Positions 48,571 through 58,836 of a DNA stretch of 64,000 bases are shown piece by piece. The notes beneath the pieces were generated by a model, which made no database searches, was not told where the DNA came from, and saw nothing but the letters and a program-made list of their open reading frames with translations. The first letter of the stretch is position 1. Each line of letters begins with the position of its first letter. The position numbers were made by a program, and so were the translations under genes. The stretch comes from an uncultured Candidatus Saccharibacteria bacterium (GTDB lineage Bacteria > Patescibacteriota > Minisyncoccia > Phycocordibacterales > DATDWN01), in assembly GCA_964596875.1 (NCBI GenBank), contig CAZQVT010000002.1, forward strand, positions 5,508 to 69,507, in the 5' to 3' direction.

Positions 48571-48669
48571 GAGAAATATTATTTTCCTGAGTTTTTATCA
48601 CCGACGTAGAGCGAGAGAAATGAAAGCGTACTCACTTTCATTTCCGAGCCGAGGAGGGTGATATAAGGT

Positions 48670-49185
48670 TTAAGACCTTTTATAGTTTTCTCTAGCTCTT
48701 TCAAATGCTTCCATAGCCTTATCCTTTCCATCAATACCATTGATTTCTACAACTTTGTCTTGAAGATTCTTGTATGTTTTGTAGAAGTGCTCGATTTCCT
48801 TTAGAGTGTGTTTGTTTACATCTTTTAGGTCTTTAACATCATCCCATCTAGGGTCTTTTACTGGAACAGCGATGATTTTCGCATCAGACTCACCGTCATC
48901 TACCATGTTTACAACCGCTACGGGTCTAACTTTTACAAGTATTCCAGGGGCTAGGGGATTTGTTGTAAGAACTAGCACATCTAGTGGGTCGCCATCATCC
49001 CAAAGAGTTTGAGGAACGAAACCGTAGTCAAAAGGGTAGTCCTGAGTAGTGTACATCGCTCGATCTAGCATGATAAGACCAGTTTCTTTGTCTATCTCGT
49101 ATTTGTTTTTACTACCTTTGTTTATCTCAATAATAACATTCATTTTCTCAGCAGATCCGGCGTCGATTTCCTTTATTAGATTCAT
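48670..49185 (-). CDS. ppa: Inorganic pyrophosphatase
   Basis: DGDPLDVLVL motif. Confidence 0.95.
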   Translation of the reverse strand: MNLIKEIDAGSAEKMNVIIEINKGSKNKYEIDKETGLIMLDRAMYTTQDYPFDYGFVPQTLWDDGDPLDVLVLTTNPLAPGILVKVRPVAVVNMVDDGESDAKIIAVPVKDPRWDDVKDLKDVNKHTLKEIEHFYKTYKNLQDKVVEINGIDGKDKAMEAFERARENYKRS

Positions 49186-49228
49186 TTTATTAGTTTTTTA
49201 AATGATTAATAATTTTATTCTAGCACAA

Positions 49229-50377
49229 TTATTTTTCTTCAGATGTAGTTTCTGCCTCCGCACTATCTTTTTGTACAGACTGTATGTCTATTTTCCATCC
49301 AGTTAGCTTCGCGGCTAGGCGAACATTTTGTCCTCCTTTACCGATAGCTAGTGACTGTTGATCCTCTGAAACAGTAACAGTTGCTTGTTTTTCTGTTTCG
49401 TTTATTTTTACTTCTAGGATTTTTGCTGGAGATAGAGCATCCTCGATAAACTTTTTAGGGTCTTCATTCCACTCTATAATATCTATTTTCTCTCCTCCTA
49501 GTTCTGACATAACTGTTGAAACACGTACTCCTCGCTGACCAACCATAGAACCAACTGGGTCAATGTGTGAGTCTGCAGAAGAAACTGCGATTTTTGTTCG
49601 AGAACCAGCTTCTCTTGCTACAGATTTTACAACCACTGTGCCGTTTGCGATTTCTGGCGCCTCTGCTTCAAATAGTTTCTCTAGAAACTTTGGGTGACTT
49701 CTTGAAAGTCTTAGAAACACACCTTTTCCAGATTCTTCTACTCTATATAGGTATGCTCGTACTCTTTCTCCTTGTCCAAATCTTTCTCCTGGGATTTGTT
49801 CCTCGTATGGAAGTAGTCCTGTTGCTCGGCCCATGTCTATAAAGATATTGCCTCGCTCGATTCTTTGTACAGTTCCTGTAACTATTTCTCCTTCACGTGC
49901 ACCGAACTGACTAATAATAGAAACTTTTTCAGCCTCTCGTATTTTTTGCATGATAACTTGCTTTGCTGTTTGTGCAGCGATTCTAGAATAGTCGTCTTGT
50001 GACTCAAGAGGGAAGATCATTTCCTCTCCTAGAGCAACATTTTTCTTTATTCTTCGAGCATCATCTATCATTATATGATGTTCAGGGTTGTATAAGTCTA
50101 TTTGTGTAGAAGGGTCTGCTGTAGGGTCAAACTCTGGTAGATCGTCTTCGTCCATAACAACAGTAGTATCATCCACTACCTTTTTAACCTGGAACATTTC
50201 TGTTTTTCCAGAGTTCATATCGAACTTTGCCTTAACTATTTGTCCTTTCTTTCCGTACTCTTTTTTGTATGCAGTTGCTAGGGCAAGTTCAATAGCCTCA
50301 AGGATTTTTTCTCGAGGGATACCTCTTTCTTCTTCTAGTTGTGTTAGTACACTACTTACTACTTTTAAATCAATCAT
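49229..50377 (-). CDS. nusA: Transcription termination/antitermination factor NusA
   Basis: MIDLKVVSSVLTQLEEERGIPREKILEAIELAL, plus S1 and KH domains. The start is taken at M52 of the ORF. Confidence 0.9.
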   Translation of the reverse strand: MIDLKVVSSVLTQLEEERGIPREKILEAIELALATAYKKEYGKKGQIVKAKFDMNSGKTEMFQVKKVVDDTTVVMDEDDLPEFDPTADPSTQIDLYNPEHHIMIDDARRIKKNVALGEEMIFPLESQDDYSRIAAQTAKQVIMQKIREAEKVSIISQFGAREGEIVTGTVQRIERGNIFIDMGRATGLLPYEEQIPGERFGQGERVRAYLYRVEESGKGVFLRLSRSHPKFLEKLFEAEAPEIANGTVVVKSVAREAGSRTKIAVSSADSHIDPVGSMVGQRGVRVSTVMSELGGEKIDIIEWNEDPKKFIEDALSPAKILEVKINETEKQATVTVSEDQQSLAIGKGGQNVRLAAKLTGWKIDIQSVQKDSAEAETTSEEK

Positions 50378-50610
50378 TTTAATTTTAATTATTTTGGTAA
50401 AGCTGTTTAATTGTTTTTTTACCCCTGGTAAAAAAACGAGCCCGCCCGGGTGGGCGAACTTCAATATCAGTATAATACACCCTATATTATTTCTTGTCAA
50501 ATCCATAAATTCATCTGTTGTAAGAAACAAATCAATAAAATTTTACAAATTTGTGTAAATCTTTAAGCATTACAAAAAAATATCTGTTACAATATTAGTA
50601 ATAAATTTCT

Positions 50611-52365
50611 ATGCACATTGAAGAAAAACAATTAAAAGATTTTATTTTGGATTCCGGTCTTGTTTCAAAGACAGATATTGAGGCTGTAGAAAAAGAAACA
50701 AAAGAAAAAGGTGGCAACTTGGGTAAAGCTTTGGTAAATAAGGGCAAACTTACCGAGGATGACTTGCGTCGAATGCAGGCATACATACTAGGTATTCCTT
50801 TTGTTGATTTGAAAAAAGAAAAACTTCCTTTCGAGGTCCTTTCACTTATTCCAGAGCCAATCGCAAGAAACCACAACATTGTGGCTTTTAAAAAAACTGA
50901 CAACAGTCTTGAGGTGGCCATGTTAGATACAGAAGACCTTACTGCTATAGATTTCGTTAAAAAGAAAACCGGTCTAAAGATTTTGCCTCGACTTACAGAT
51001 GATGAGTCAATAAAAAGTGCAATACTTCAGTATCAAAAAAGTCTAAAGGCAGAGTTCGGCGACCTTATTGCGGAGGATGTAAGTAATATTAAAAGTATTC
51101 CTTCAAATGTAGATGGTGCAGAACTAAACGAGCAGGATCTAAAAAAGATGGCCGATGATATCCCGATGATCCGTATCGTAGATACTCTTTTGAAACATGC
51201 CATACTTCAAAACGCTTCAGATATTCATATAGAGCCACAAGAAGCAGAACTTTTGGTGAGATACCGTATAGACGGATTACTGCATGATGCCATGATTTTA
51301 CCTAGAAACATGGCCCCAAGTATCGCTGCACGTATAAAAGTTCTGTCTTCTCTAAAACTAGATGAAAAAAGACTTCCACAGGACGGAAGATTTAAAATCG
51401 ACTCTGATGGAGAAAAAGTTTCTTTCCGTGTTTCATCACTTCCTACATATTACGGAGAAAAGATCGTGATGCGTTTGCTTCGTGAAAATGTTTCCGGTTT
51501 TACACTAGAAGCGCTTGCATTTCACGGGGAAGGGTTGGATAGAATCCATAAGGCGGTAAAAAGTACAACAGGAATGATCCTAACTACAGGTCCTACTGGT
51601 TCTGGTAAAACAACTACACTATATACTGTGCTAGATATCCTAAATACTCCAGATGTAAACATCTCTACTATTGAAGACCCTATCGAATACCAGATGAAAA
51701 GAGTAAACCAAACCCAGGTTCGTCCCGAAATCGGTTTTACTTTTGCTTCAGGACTCCGAACACTGGTTCGTCAGGATCCGGATATTATCATGGTAGGAGA
51801 GATTCGAGACGGTGAGACGGCGTCTCTGGCTATTAACGCGTCCCTTACAGGTCATGTTGTGCTTTCAACACTTCACACAAACTCTGCGGCGGGTGCCGTG
51901 CCTAGACTTATAGATATGAAAGTTGAACCTTTTCTTATTGTTTCTACTATAAATATTATTATTGGTCAGCGACTTGTACGAAAACTTACCGACCAAAAAG
52001 AGAAATACTTTTTAACAAAAGCCGAGATAGACACTTTGGGTAAGTCTATAAATCTAGATAAAGTACTAAACGCTCTTAAAGACGAAAAAGTTATTGGCAA
52101 AAGCGACAAATGGGAAGACGTTCCGTTTTGGCGACCTAAAAAAGACGCAAATCCAGAAGACTGTTTTGCAGGAAGAAGTGGTATTCACGAAATTCTAAAA
52201 GTTTCTCCGGCGATAAAAGAAATTATTTTGAAATCTGGTACAACAGATGATATTCAAAAAGTTGCAGAGGCTGAAGGTATGCTAACTATGATGGAAGATG
52301 GAATTTTCCAAGCAGTACAGGGTTATACAACTATTGAGGAGGTGCTTCGAGTTATTTCTGAATAG
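50611..52365 (+). CDS. pilB: Type IV pilus assembly ATPase PilB (GspE family)
   Basis: Walker A GPTGSGKTTTLY, Asp box, His box, and an N-terminal GspII-like domain. Confidence 0.92.
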   Translation: MHIEEKQLKDFILDSGLVSKTDIEAVEKETKEKGGNLGKALVNKGKLTEDDLRRMQAYILGIPFVDLKKEKLPFEVLSLIPEPIARNHNIVAFKKTDNSLEVAMLDTEDLTAIDFVKKKTGLKILPRLTDDESIKSAILQYQKSLKAEFGDLIAEDVSNIKSIPSNVDGAELNEQDLKKMADDIPMIRIVDTLLKHAILQNASDIHIEPQEAELLVRYRIDGLLHDAMILPRNMAPSIAARIKVLSSLKLDEKRLPQDGRFKIDSDGEKVSFRVSSLPTYYGEKIVMRLLRENVSGFTLEALAFHGEGLDRIHKAVKSTTGMILTTGPTGSGKTTTLYTVLDILNTPDVNISTIEDPIEYQMKRVNQTQVRPEIGFTFASGLRTLVRQDPDIIMVGEIRDGETASLAINASLTGHVVLSTLHTNSAAGAVPRLIDMKVEPFLIVSTINIIIGQRLVRKLTDQKEKYFLTKAEIDTLGKSINLDKVLNALKDEKVIGKSDKWEDVPFWRPKKDANPEDCFAGRSGIHEILKVSPAIKEIILKSGTTDDIQKVAEAEGMLTMMEDGIFQAVQGYTTIEEVLRVISE

Positions 52366-52495
52366 TATAGAACTTCCAAAACTGGCGAATTTCTTGTTTC
52401 GTTTTTGAAAATTCTCGTCAGTGTACTAAATGTACACCTCCTCATATTTCCAAACTCTCAACGTCGGATTTCATCCAGTTTGTGAAAGTTTAATG
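52366..52495. repeat. Type-A hairpin repeat, copy 2
   Basis: AACTTCCAAAACTGGCGAATTTCTTGTTTCG...CTCGTCAGTGTACtaaatGTACACCTCCTCA...CTCTCAACGTCGGATTTCATCCAGTTTGTGAAAGTTTAATG. It starts right after the pilB stop codon. Confidence 0.8.
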
Positions 52496-52620
52496 TTGTC
52501 TTGAGATTATTTGACAAAGTATATAAATGATGTATTGTTTGGTGTAGAAAGCTCCAGATGAGGCGAAGAACGTCTCCTTTCTAGAGAAGAGCTCTAGGAT
52601 GATCGGAGTTGAGGCTTATC

Positions 52621-53106
52621 ATGGTTGAAAGAATCGATGGGAAAGTGTCTGCGGGTGTGTGTTTTGCCGCAGCATTACTGCTCTCCCTTCTTACCTTCTT
52701 GATGTCTGAGAAGACAAGCACTGCCTTTTGTGCGTCGGCAGTGGTGTTCGCTGTCATGGGGTGGATTTCAGTCGCGTGTCTTTGTGACGACATTCGCCTT
52801 CAATGGCAGCGTGGCGAGAATGCCTGCAAAGAGAGAGAGGACAGAATCAATCTCGTAGTGTCCACATTCCTCACACAAGAGGCCGTGGATGCAAAGTTAC
52901 AACAACTGGCTACAAAAGCAGAGAACATGTTTCGTGACCAGGCCCAGTACCACGAGGGCAAGGAACGAAACATCGACGACGTCACTGCTCTGCTGATTGC
53001 TCGAGCCGTGGCAAATGCAAAGAGTGAATTCTGGTCGGCACACGAGTTGGCCAAGAGTCTCGGCTTCAAGGTCCGTCCCAAGATCAGAAGCTACACCAAG
53101 AAGTAG
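52621..53106 (+). CDS. Hypothetical 2-TM membrane protein encoded on a GC-rich (about 52%) insert between pilB and pilC
   Basis: ORF of 161 aa ending in a GC-rich palindromic terminator. Confidence 0.45.
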   Translation: MVERIDGKVSAGVCFAAALLLSLLTFLMSEKTSTAFCASAVVFAVMGWISVACLCDDIRLQWQRGENACKEREDRINLVVSTFLTQEAVDAKLQQLATKAENMFRDQAQYHEGKERNIDDVTALLIARAVANAKSEFWSAHELAKSLGFKVRPKIRSYTKK

Positions 53107-53114
53107 CACCATCG

Positions 53115-53143
53115 CGCCCGCGGGTCACACAGACCCGCGGGCG
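53115..53143 (+). terminator. GC-rich perfect palindrome CGCCCGCGGGTcacacagACCCGCGGGCG
   Basis: Seen in the sequence directly after the stop codon of the 52621 ORF. Confidence 0.6.
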
Positions 53144-53428
53144 TTTCGCATATAAAAACGAGTCTTAATTTTTTAAAACATTGCACAGTCAATTAGAAAA
53201 CAACGACTGGAAGCGTCAGTCTGGAGAAACTGTTTGAGACACGTAACCGTGGCGAGTTTTTCGAGAAGACGAGCGAGAAGGAGGTTGTTTTCTTGATTGA
53301 CGAGCATAGTAAAAGTTCAACAGAACTTTATACGTGTTTTAAAAAATAAGATGAGTCTATTTTTATTCACAATATTTAAATACAAATAATTTTTGTTTTG
53401 ATACAATTATAGAAGCGAAAAAACTTTT

Positions 53429-54640
53429 ATGTTGTTTCATTACAAAATTTTAAATAAAGAGGGAAAGGTGGTGGAGGGGAATATGGAAGCAAAAGATAAA
53501 TTTGCTCTATATCATACTATTAAACAAGACGGTGCCACTGTAGTTTCTGCTGAAGAAGTAAAAGATAAAAAAGAATATAACATTCCTATACTTTCAGCGA
53601 TGTTTGAAGGTGTAAAAACTCGTGACAAAATCACTTTTGCAAAAAACTTGGCAAAAATGACAGAGGCTGGTCTACCAATAACACGTGCACTTTCTATTTT
53701 GGAAAGACAGGCAAAGGGCCAGTTCAAAAAAATACTAGTTGGTCTTCAGGATTCACTAAACAAAGGAGATACTCTAAGTGATGCGATGAAAGTGTATCCA
53801 AAAGTTTTTTCTACACTTTTTATATCTATGGTAAAAGCAGGTGAAGAGTCTGGAAACCTAGCACAATCTCTACAGAACGTTGGTATGCAAATGGAAAAGT
53901 CATATCTTCTCACTAAAAAAATCCGGGGAGCGATGATGTATCCTGCAGTTATTTTCTCACTCATGATAGTTATTGGAGTTTTGATGATGGTTTACATGGT
54001 GCCAACACTTACAGCAACATTTATTGGTCTTGGTATAAAACTTCCTCTGTCTACGCGTATTATTATTTGGATAAGTAACTTCCTAAAATCAAACTTTATA
54101 TACGTTATATTGGGAACTATTGGTTCAATATTTCTTTTCATTACAGGTTACAGAACACAAAAAGGCCAACGTATTGCGGACTATGTCTTCTTGCATCTGC
54201 CAGTAATAAAGGAGATTGTAAAACAAATAAACTCTGCTCGTACCGCCAGAACTTTATCCTCACTCATTTCTTCTGGAGTTGATATCGTTTTGGCGATAGG
54301 AATTACAAAAGAAGTTATACAAAACTCATATTATAAAACTGTATTGCAAGAAATACAGGAGGTGATTCAAAAAGGAGAGCCAATATCTGCTGTATTTACT
54401 GCAAATCCAAAACTTTATCCTCTTTTTGTGGGAGAAATGGTTTCTGTGGGTGAAGAGACGGGTAAAATCGGTGAAATGCTTATGGGTGTAGCGACATACT
54501 ATGAAGAAGAAGTGGATCAGAAGACAAAAGATATGTCTTCAATCATTGAGCCGATTCTGATGATATTTATTGGTGCAGCGGTGGGATTTTTCGCACTGAG
54601 TATGCTAGGTCCGACTTATTCACTCGCCGACGCACTGTAG
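53429..54640 (+). CDS. pilC: Type IV pilus inner-membrane platform protein PilC (GspF family)
   Basis: Two GspF repeats and 3 TM segments. Confidence 0.9.
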   Translation: MLFHYKILNKEGKVVEGNMEAKDKFALYHTIKQDGATVVSAEEVKDKKEYNIPILSAMFEGVKTRDKITFAKNLAKMTEAGLPITRALSILERQAKGQFKKILVGLQDSLNKGDTLSDAMKVYPKVFSTLFISMVKAGEESGNLAQSLQNVGMQMEKSYLLTKKIRGAMMYPAVIFSLMIVIGVLMMVYMVPTLTATFIGLGIKLPLSTRIIIWISNFLKSNFIYVILGTIGSIFLFITGYRTQKGQRIADYVFLHLPVIKEIVKQINSARTARTLSSLISSGVDIVLAIGITKEVIQNSYYKTVLQEIQEVIQKGEPISAVFTANPKLYPLFVGEMVSVGEETGKIGEMLMGVATYYEEEVDQKTKDMSSIIEPILMIFIGAAVGFFALSMLGPTYSLADAL

Positions 54641-54760
54641 AAATTCCAAATTTGGCGAATTCCTTGTTTCGGTTTTGAAAATTCTCGGCGATGTACTATT
54701 TGTACACCTTCTCGGATTTTCAAAACCTCAACTACGGACTTCACTCAAATTTTAAATTTC
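54641..54760. repeat. Type-A hairpin repeat, copy 3
   Basis: AAATTCCAAATTTGGCGAATTCCTTGTTTCGG...CTCGGCGATGTACtatttGTACACCTTCTC. It lies between the pilC stop codon and the pilin gene start. Confidence 0.8.
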
Positions 54761-54765
54761 TAAGA

Positions 54766-56577
54766 ATGCTAATGAAAATAAAAAATTTAAAACAAAATAC
54801 TAAAAAGGGTTTCTCGCTAGTCGAGTTACTTGTTGGTGTAACAGTTTTTACTGTTATCTGTGTGGTAGTATACGGTGCATATACAAGTATTTTTGATGTT
54901 GTGAAAACAAGTAGAGCAAAACTAGATGCCGTCGACCTTTCAAATGAACAGTTTGAAATCATCCGCAACTTACCATACGCAGATGTTGGTATATACGGAA
55001 GTATTCCTTCGGGACTTTTGACTCATTCGCAGACTCTTGTGCGTGGTCAAAATTCTTTTGATGTGACAACTACAGTGAGAAATGTTGATGATCCTTTTGA
55101 CGGAACACTTGGAGGTGCTCCAAACGATCTTTCACCGGCAGACTTTAAACTAGTAGAGTTAGAAATAAACTGTACACTTTGTAAAAACTTTGTTCCGATC
55201 GTATTTACCACAAGAGTTGCGCCAAAAAATCTTGAAACAGCAAGTACAAACGGAGCACTCTTCGTAAAAGTTTTTGATGCTAATGGAAATCCTGTTGCGG
55301 ATGCAAATGTTCATATTGTAAACAGTACAAACAACCCACCGATAACAATAGACGACGTAACAAATGCAAACGGTATGCTCCAGGTGGTAGATGCTCCACC
55401 AGGAGTAAACGCGTATGATATTACAGTAAGTAAAAGCGGTTACTCTACAGACAAGACATATGCACCGACAGGGGGAAATCCAAATCCAGTAAAGCCACTT
55501 GCTACTGTGGCGCTTCAGCAAGTTACTCAACTTTCTTTCACTATAGACAGAACGAGTACTTTTAATGTGAGTTCGGTAACTTCAAGCTGTACACCTGTTG
55601 GAAATATAGACTTCAATATTAAAGGAGCAAAACTTTTGGGAACAACTCCTGATGTTTTGAAATATGATCAGGACAAGTTTACAAACGGGGGAGGGTTACT
55701 ATCTATAAGTGGTCTAGAGTGGGATTCTTACACTTTAACTTTGGAAGACTCAGTTTACGATCTTGTTGGTTGGAACCCTATTTCTCCTATAAGTTTACTG
55801 CCGAACAGTACACAGGATATACAACTCGTAGTTGCAACAAAAAATCCTAGAACTCTAGTAGTCACTGTTTTGGATGGTTCAACCAACCTTCCACTTTCTG
55901 GTGTAGATGTAACAATTTCAAAATCTGGATTTACTTCAGTTACAAACTCAACTGGTCAGGGTTTTATAAATCAAACAGACTGGTCAGGAGGATCGGGACA
56001 AGCAACTAGTACAGACCCGTCACAGTATTTTACTTCAGATGGAAATATTGCAAACAACAACCCAGCAGGTGAACTTACACTCGCACAAGTTTTTGGGGAG
56101 TATGTGAGTAGCGGAGTTTTGACTTCATCAACATTTAATATTGGCTCACCTGCAAACTTTCAAAAAATTGGTTGGAACCCAACAAGTCAGCCTCCACAGT
56201 CCGGTTCTCCTACTGTAAGGTTTCAAATCGCTACAAACAACGATGGTGGTGCTTGGAACTATACTGGTCCAGACGGCACAGCGGGAACATTTTATACTGT
56301 AGGGGATCAAAATATTCATAGTTCAAACAACTCCAAACAATATTTGAGATATAAATTATTTCTAGATTCTGCTTCTACGGCTACATCTCCAAATATTTCT
56401 GATGTATCATTTACTTACACATCACAGTGTACTCCTCCGGGACAAGTATCTTTCTCCGGACTACCTGCTGGAACTTATGATGTTCATTTGGAAAAAACAG
56501 GTTACGTTGACCAGGATATATCTGTGAGTGTAAGTACTGACTGGCAGAACCAAAGTGTTATTTTGTTGCCAAACTAA
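54766..56577 (+). CDS. Giant type IV pilin-like protein (about 600 aa) with an N-terminal prepilin cleavage/methylation motif
   Basis: N-terminus MLMKIKNLKQNTKKGFSLVELLVGVTVF is a class III signal. It is followed by a large Thr/Asn/Gly-rich beta domain. Confidence 0.7.
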   Translation: MLMKIKNLKQNTKKGFSLVELLVGVTVFTVICVVVYGAYTSIFDVVKTSRAKLDAVDLSNEQFEIIRNLPYADVGIYGSIPSGLLTHSQTLVRGQNSFDVTTTVRNVDDPFDGTLGGAPNDLSPADFKLVELEINCTLCKNFVPIVFTTRVAPKNLETASTNGALFVKVFDANGNPVADANVHIVNSTNNPPITIDDVTNANGMLQVVDAPPGVNAYDITVSKSGYSTDKTYAPTGGNPNPVKPLATVALQQVTQLSFTIDRTSTFNVSSVTSSCTPVGNIDFNIKGAKLLGTTPDVLKYDQDKFTNGGGLLSISGLEWDSYTLTLEDSVYDLVGWNPISPISLLPNSTQDIQLVVATKNPRTLVVTVLDGSTNLPLSGVDVTISKSGFTSVTNSTGQGFINQTDWSGGSGQATSTDPSQYFTSDGNIANNNPAGELTLAQVFGEYVSSGVLTSSTFNIGSPANFQKIGWNPTSQPPQSGSPTVRFQIATNNDGGAWNYTGPDGTAGTFYTVGDQNIHSSNNSKQYLRYKLFLDSASTATSPNISDVSFTYTSQCTPPGQVSFSGLPAGTYDVHLEKTGYVDQDISVSVSTDWQNQSVILLPN

Positions 56578-56578
56578 A

Positions 56579-57196
56579 ATGAAAAATATAACTCAATTCA
56601 AAAGAGGCTTTTCACTAGCAGAAATACTTATAAGTGTCGCGATACTTTCTGTTATTGCATATACAGTATCTATTTTTCAGAGAGATGTATTTTCGCTAAA
56701 TACAAACCTGCAAAGTAGTCTTAATGCCCAGTTGGAAGCAAGACATCTTATAAAAACAATTATTTCTGAACTTAGAAAAACTAGCACATCTGCAACGGGA
56801 ACGTATCCTATAGAACTGGCGTCATCTACAGGTATAACTTTTTATTCTGATGTTGGTAACAATGGGACAATAGATAAAGTTCGGTACTACTTAAGTGGTA
56901 AAACTATTAAAAAAGGAGTGATCACTCCTACTGGAAACCCGCCAGTATACAACTCTGGAAGTGAAGTTACTACTACACTTTTAAACTATGTGGTGGCTAG
57001 TTCTACTAAACCGATATTTCAATACTACACTTCAAATTATTCAGGAACTACTTCACCATTAACTATCCCGCCAGACATATCCACAATAAGACTAGTGAAA
57101 ATAACTGTTATAATTGATACTGACCCGAACAGATCTCCAACCCCGATAGTTGCGACTTCGCAAGTGAACCTACGAAATCTTAAAGACAACCTTTAA
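56579..57196 (+). CDS. Type IV pilin / pseudopilin-like protein
   Basis: MKNITQFKRGFSLAEILISVAIL is a class III signal. Confidence 0.7.
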   Translation: MKNITQFKRGFSLAEILISVAILSVIAYTVSIFQRDVFSLNTNLQSSLNAQLEARHLIKTIISELRKTSTSATGTYPIELASSTGITFYSDVGNNGTIDKVRYYLSGKTIKKGVITPTGNPPVYNSGSEVTTTLLNYVVASSTKPIFQYYTSNYSGTTSPLTIPPDISTIRLVKITVIIDTDPNRSPTPIVATSQVNLRNLKDNL

Positions 57197-58653
57197 TGAA
57201 AAACAAAAAAATATCACAACGAGGCAGTTTGATGATACAGGCACTAGTTTTCGGTTCCATTTCTGTTGTTCTTATAGGTGCACTTATTAGTTGGGCTGCT
57301 GTAAACATTAAGTCCGGTAAACTTTCAATAAAAAGAGAACAAGCATTACAAATAGCAGAGGCGGGAATAGATTACTATAGATGGCATTTGGCACATGCTG
57401 CTACAGATTATCAGGATGGTACAGGTGTAGCGGGCCCATATGTGCACGACTTTTTCGATAAAGACGGAGTAAAAATCGGAGAATATTCTCTAGAGATTAC
57501 ACCACCACCTACAGGTTTTACTTTGGTAAAAATAAAATCAACAGGAAAACTTTTGTCAGACCCAACAGTAACTAGAACAATACAGACAGGTCTAGCGATA
57601 CCTTCACTTGCAAAATATGCTATTGCCTCAAACAGTGACATTCGTTTTGGAGAGGGAACAGAAGTTTTTGGTCCTATACATTCAAACGGTGGTATACGTT
57701 TTGATGGTCTAGCACACAACTTGGTTACAAGTTCAAGAACATCCTACGATGATCCTGACCACACAGGAGGTTCAGAATATGGTGTTCATACACACTTGAA
57801 CATTCCTCCAACTAGCACAAATGATACCTTTCGTGCTGCAGAGGCACCGAATGCTACTTTAGCAAACAGAGCCGACGTATTTATGGCGGGTAGACAGTTT
57901 CCAGTTCCGGCTATCGACTTTCTAGGATTTACAACTGACCTTGCGACTATAAAAACAAACGCTCAGGCAAGTGGAAGATATTTTGGAGCATCTGGTGCTT
58001 TGGGTTATAGAGTCTTATTTAAAACAGATGACACTTTTGATTTGTACAGAGTAAACAATATTACTGCAACACCAAACAACTGTAGTGAAACTACAACCGG
58101 TTGGGGAACATGGAGTATTAGAACAACAAACGGTTCTCAAACTTTTATAGCAAACTACGCTATACCTGCAAACGGACTTATCTTTGTGGAGGACAATGTT
58201 TGGGCAGAGGGGCAAATAAATAGTGCCAGAGTAACTTTGGCTGCAGGAAAGTTTCCAGACAATGCTGCAACTAGACCTAATATAATGATAAATAATAATC
58301 TTTTGTATACAAACTATGATGGTCAGGATGTTATTTCGCTTATTTCACAGGGAAATATAAACGCAGGGCTTTCGAGTGCAAGTACTATGCGTGTGGACGC
58401 TGCTTTGGTTGCACAAAATGGTCGCGTAGGTAGATATCACTATTCTTCAAACTGTGGAACTGGCTATCAGAGAACAAAAATTACACTATATGGAATGATC
58501 GCAAGTAACCAAAGATACGGTTTTGCCTATACAGACGATACTGGCTATGCAGAAAGAGACATTATATATGATGCAAACTTGTTGTATGGTCCGCCGCCTA
58601 GTTTCCCGCTGACCGGCGATCAGTATCAGATAGTCTTCTGGCAAGAACTGTAA
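57196..58653 (+). CDS. PilX-N-like pilus assembly / minor pilin-like protein
   Basis: QRGSLMIQALVFGSISVVLIGAL is a PilX_N-type hydrophobic N-terminus with Q at +5. It is followed by a 450-aa extracellular domain. Confidence 0.55.
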   Translation: MKNKKISQRGSLMIQALVFGSISVVLIGALISWAAVNIKSGKLSIKREQALQIAEAGIDYYRWHLAHAATDYQDGTGVAGPYVHDFFDKDGVKIGEYSLEITPPPTGFTLVKIKSTGKLLSDPTVTRTIQTGLAIPSLAKYAIASNSDIRFGEGTEVFGPIHSNGGIRFDGLAHNLVTSSRTSYDDPDHTGGSEYGVHTHLNIPPTSTNDTFRAAEAPNATLANRADVFMAGRQFPVPAIDFLGFTTDLATIKTNAQASGRYFGASGALGYRVLFKTDDTFDLYRVNNITATPNNCSETTTGWGTWSIRTTNGSQTFIANYAIPANGLIFVEDNVWAEGQINSARVTLAAGKFPDNAATRPNIMINNNLLYTNYDGQDVISLISQGNINAGLSSASTMRVDAALVAQNGRVGRYHYSSNCGTGYQRTKITLYGMIASNQRYGFAYTDDTGYAERDIIYDANLLYGPPPSFPLTGDQYQIVFWQEL

Positions 58654-58763
58654 AACTTCCAAATTTGGCCAATCTCATCGTCTAAAATAAAACCCGGCTC
58701 GTCAATGTACCGTAAGTACACCTCCGATCCGGTTTTTATTTTATACGCGATCTTGTCTCAAAT
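58654..58763. repeat. Type-B hairpin repeat, copy 3
   Basis: AACTTCCAAATTTGGCCAATCTCATCGTCTAAAATAAAACCCGGCTCGTCAATGTACcgtaaGTACACCTCCGATCCGGTTTTTATTTTATACGCGATCTTGTCTCAAAT. Confidence 0.8.
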
Positions 58764-58836
58764 TATAAAAGTTCTACCACATCGGCGTATATTGGATTTT
58801 CGTATACAAAACAATAATTTGGTACAATATTGCCAT

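Noticed and set aside
50440-50470. GC-rich hairpin (CCCGCCCGGGTGGG) plus T-run on the minus strand upstream of nusA
   Set aside because: It could be a leader or attenuator, or the terminator of an unannotated upstream transcript. It is an isolated element with insufficient evidence.
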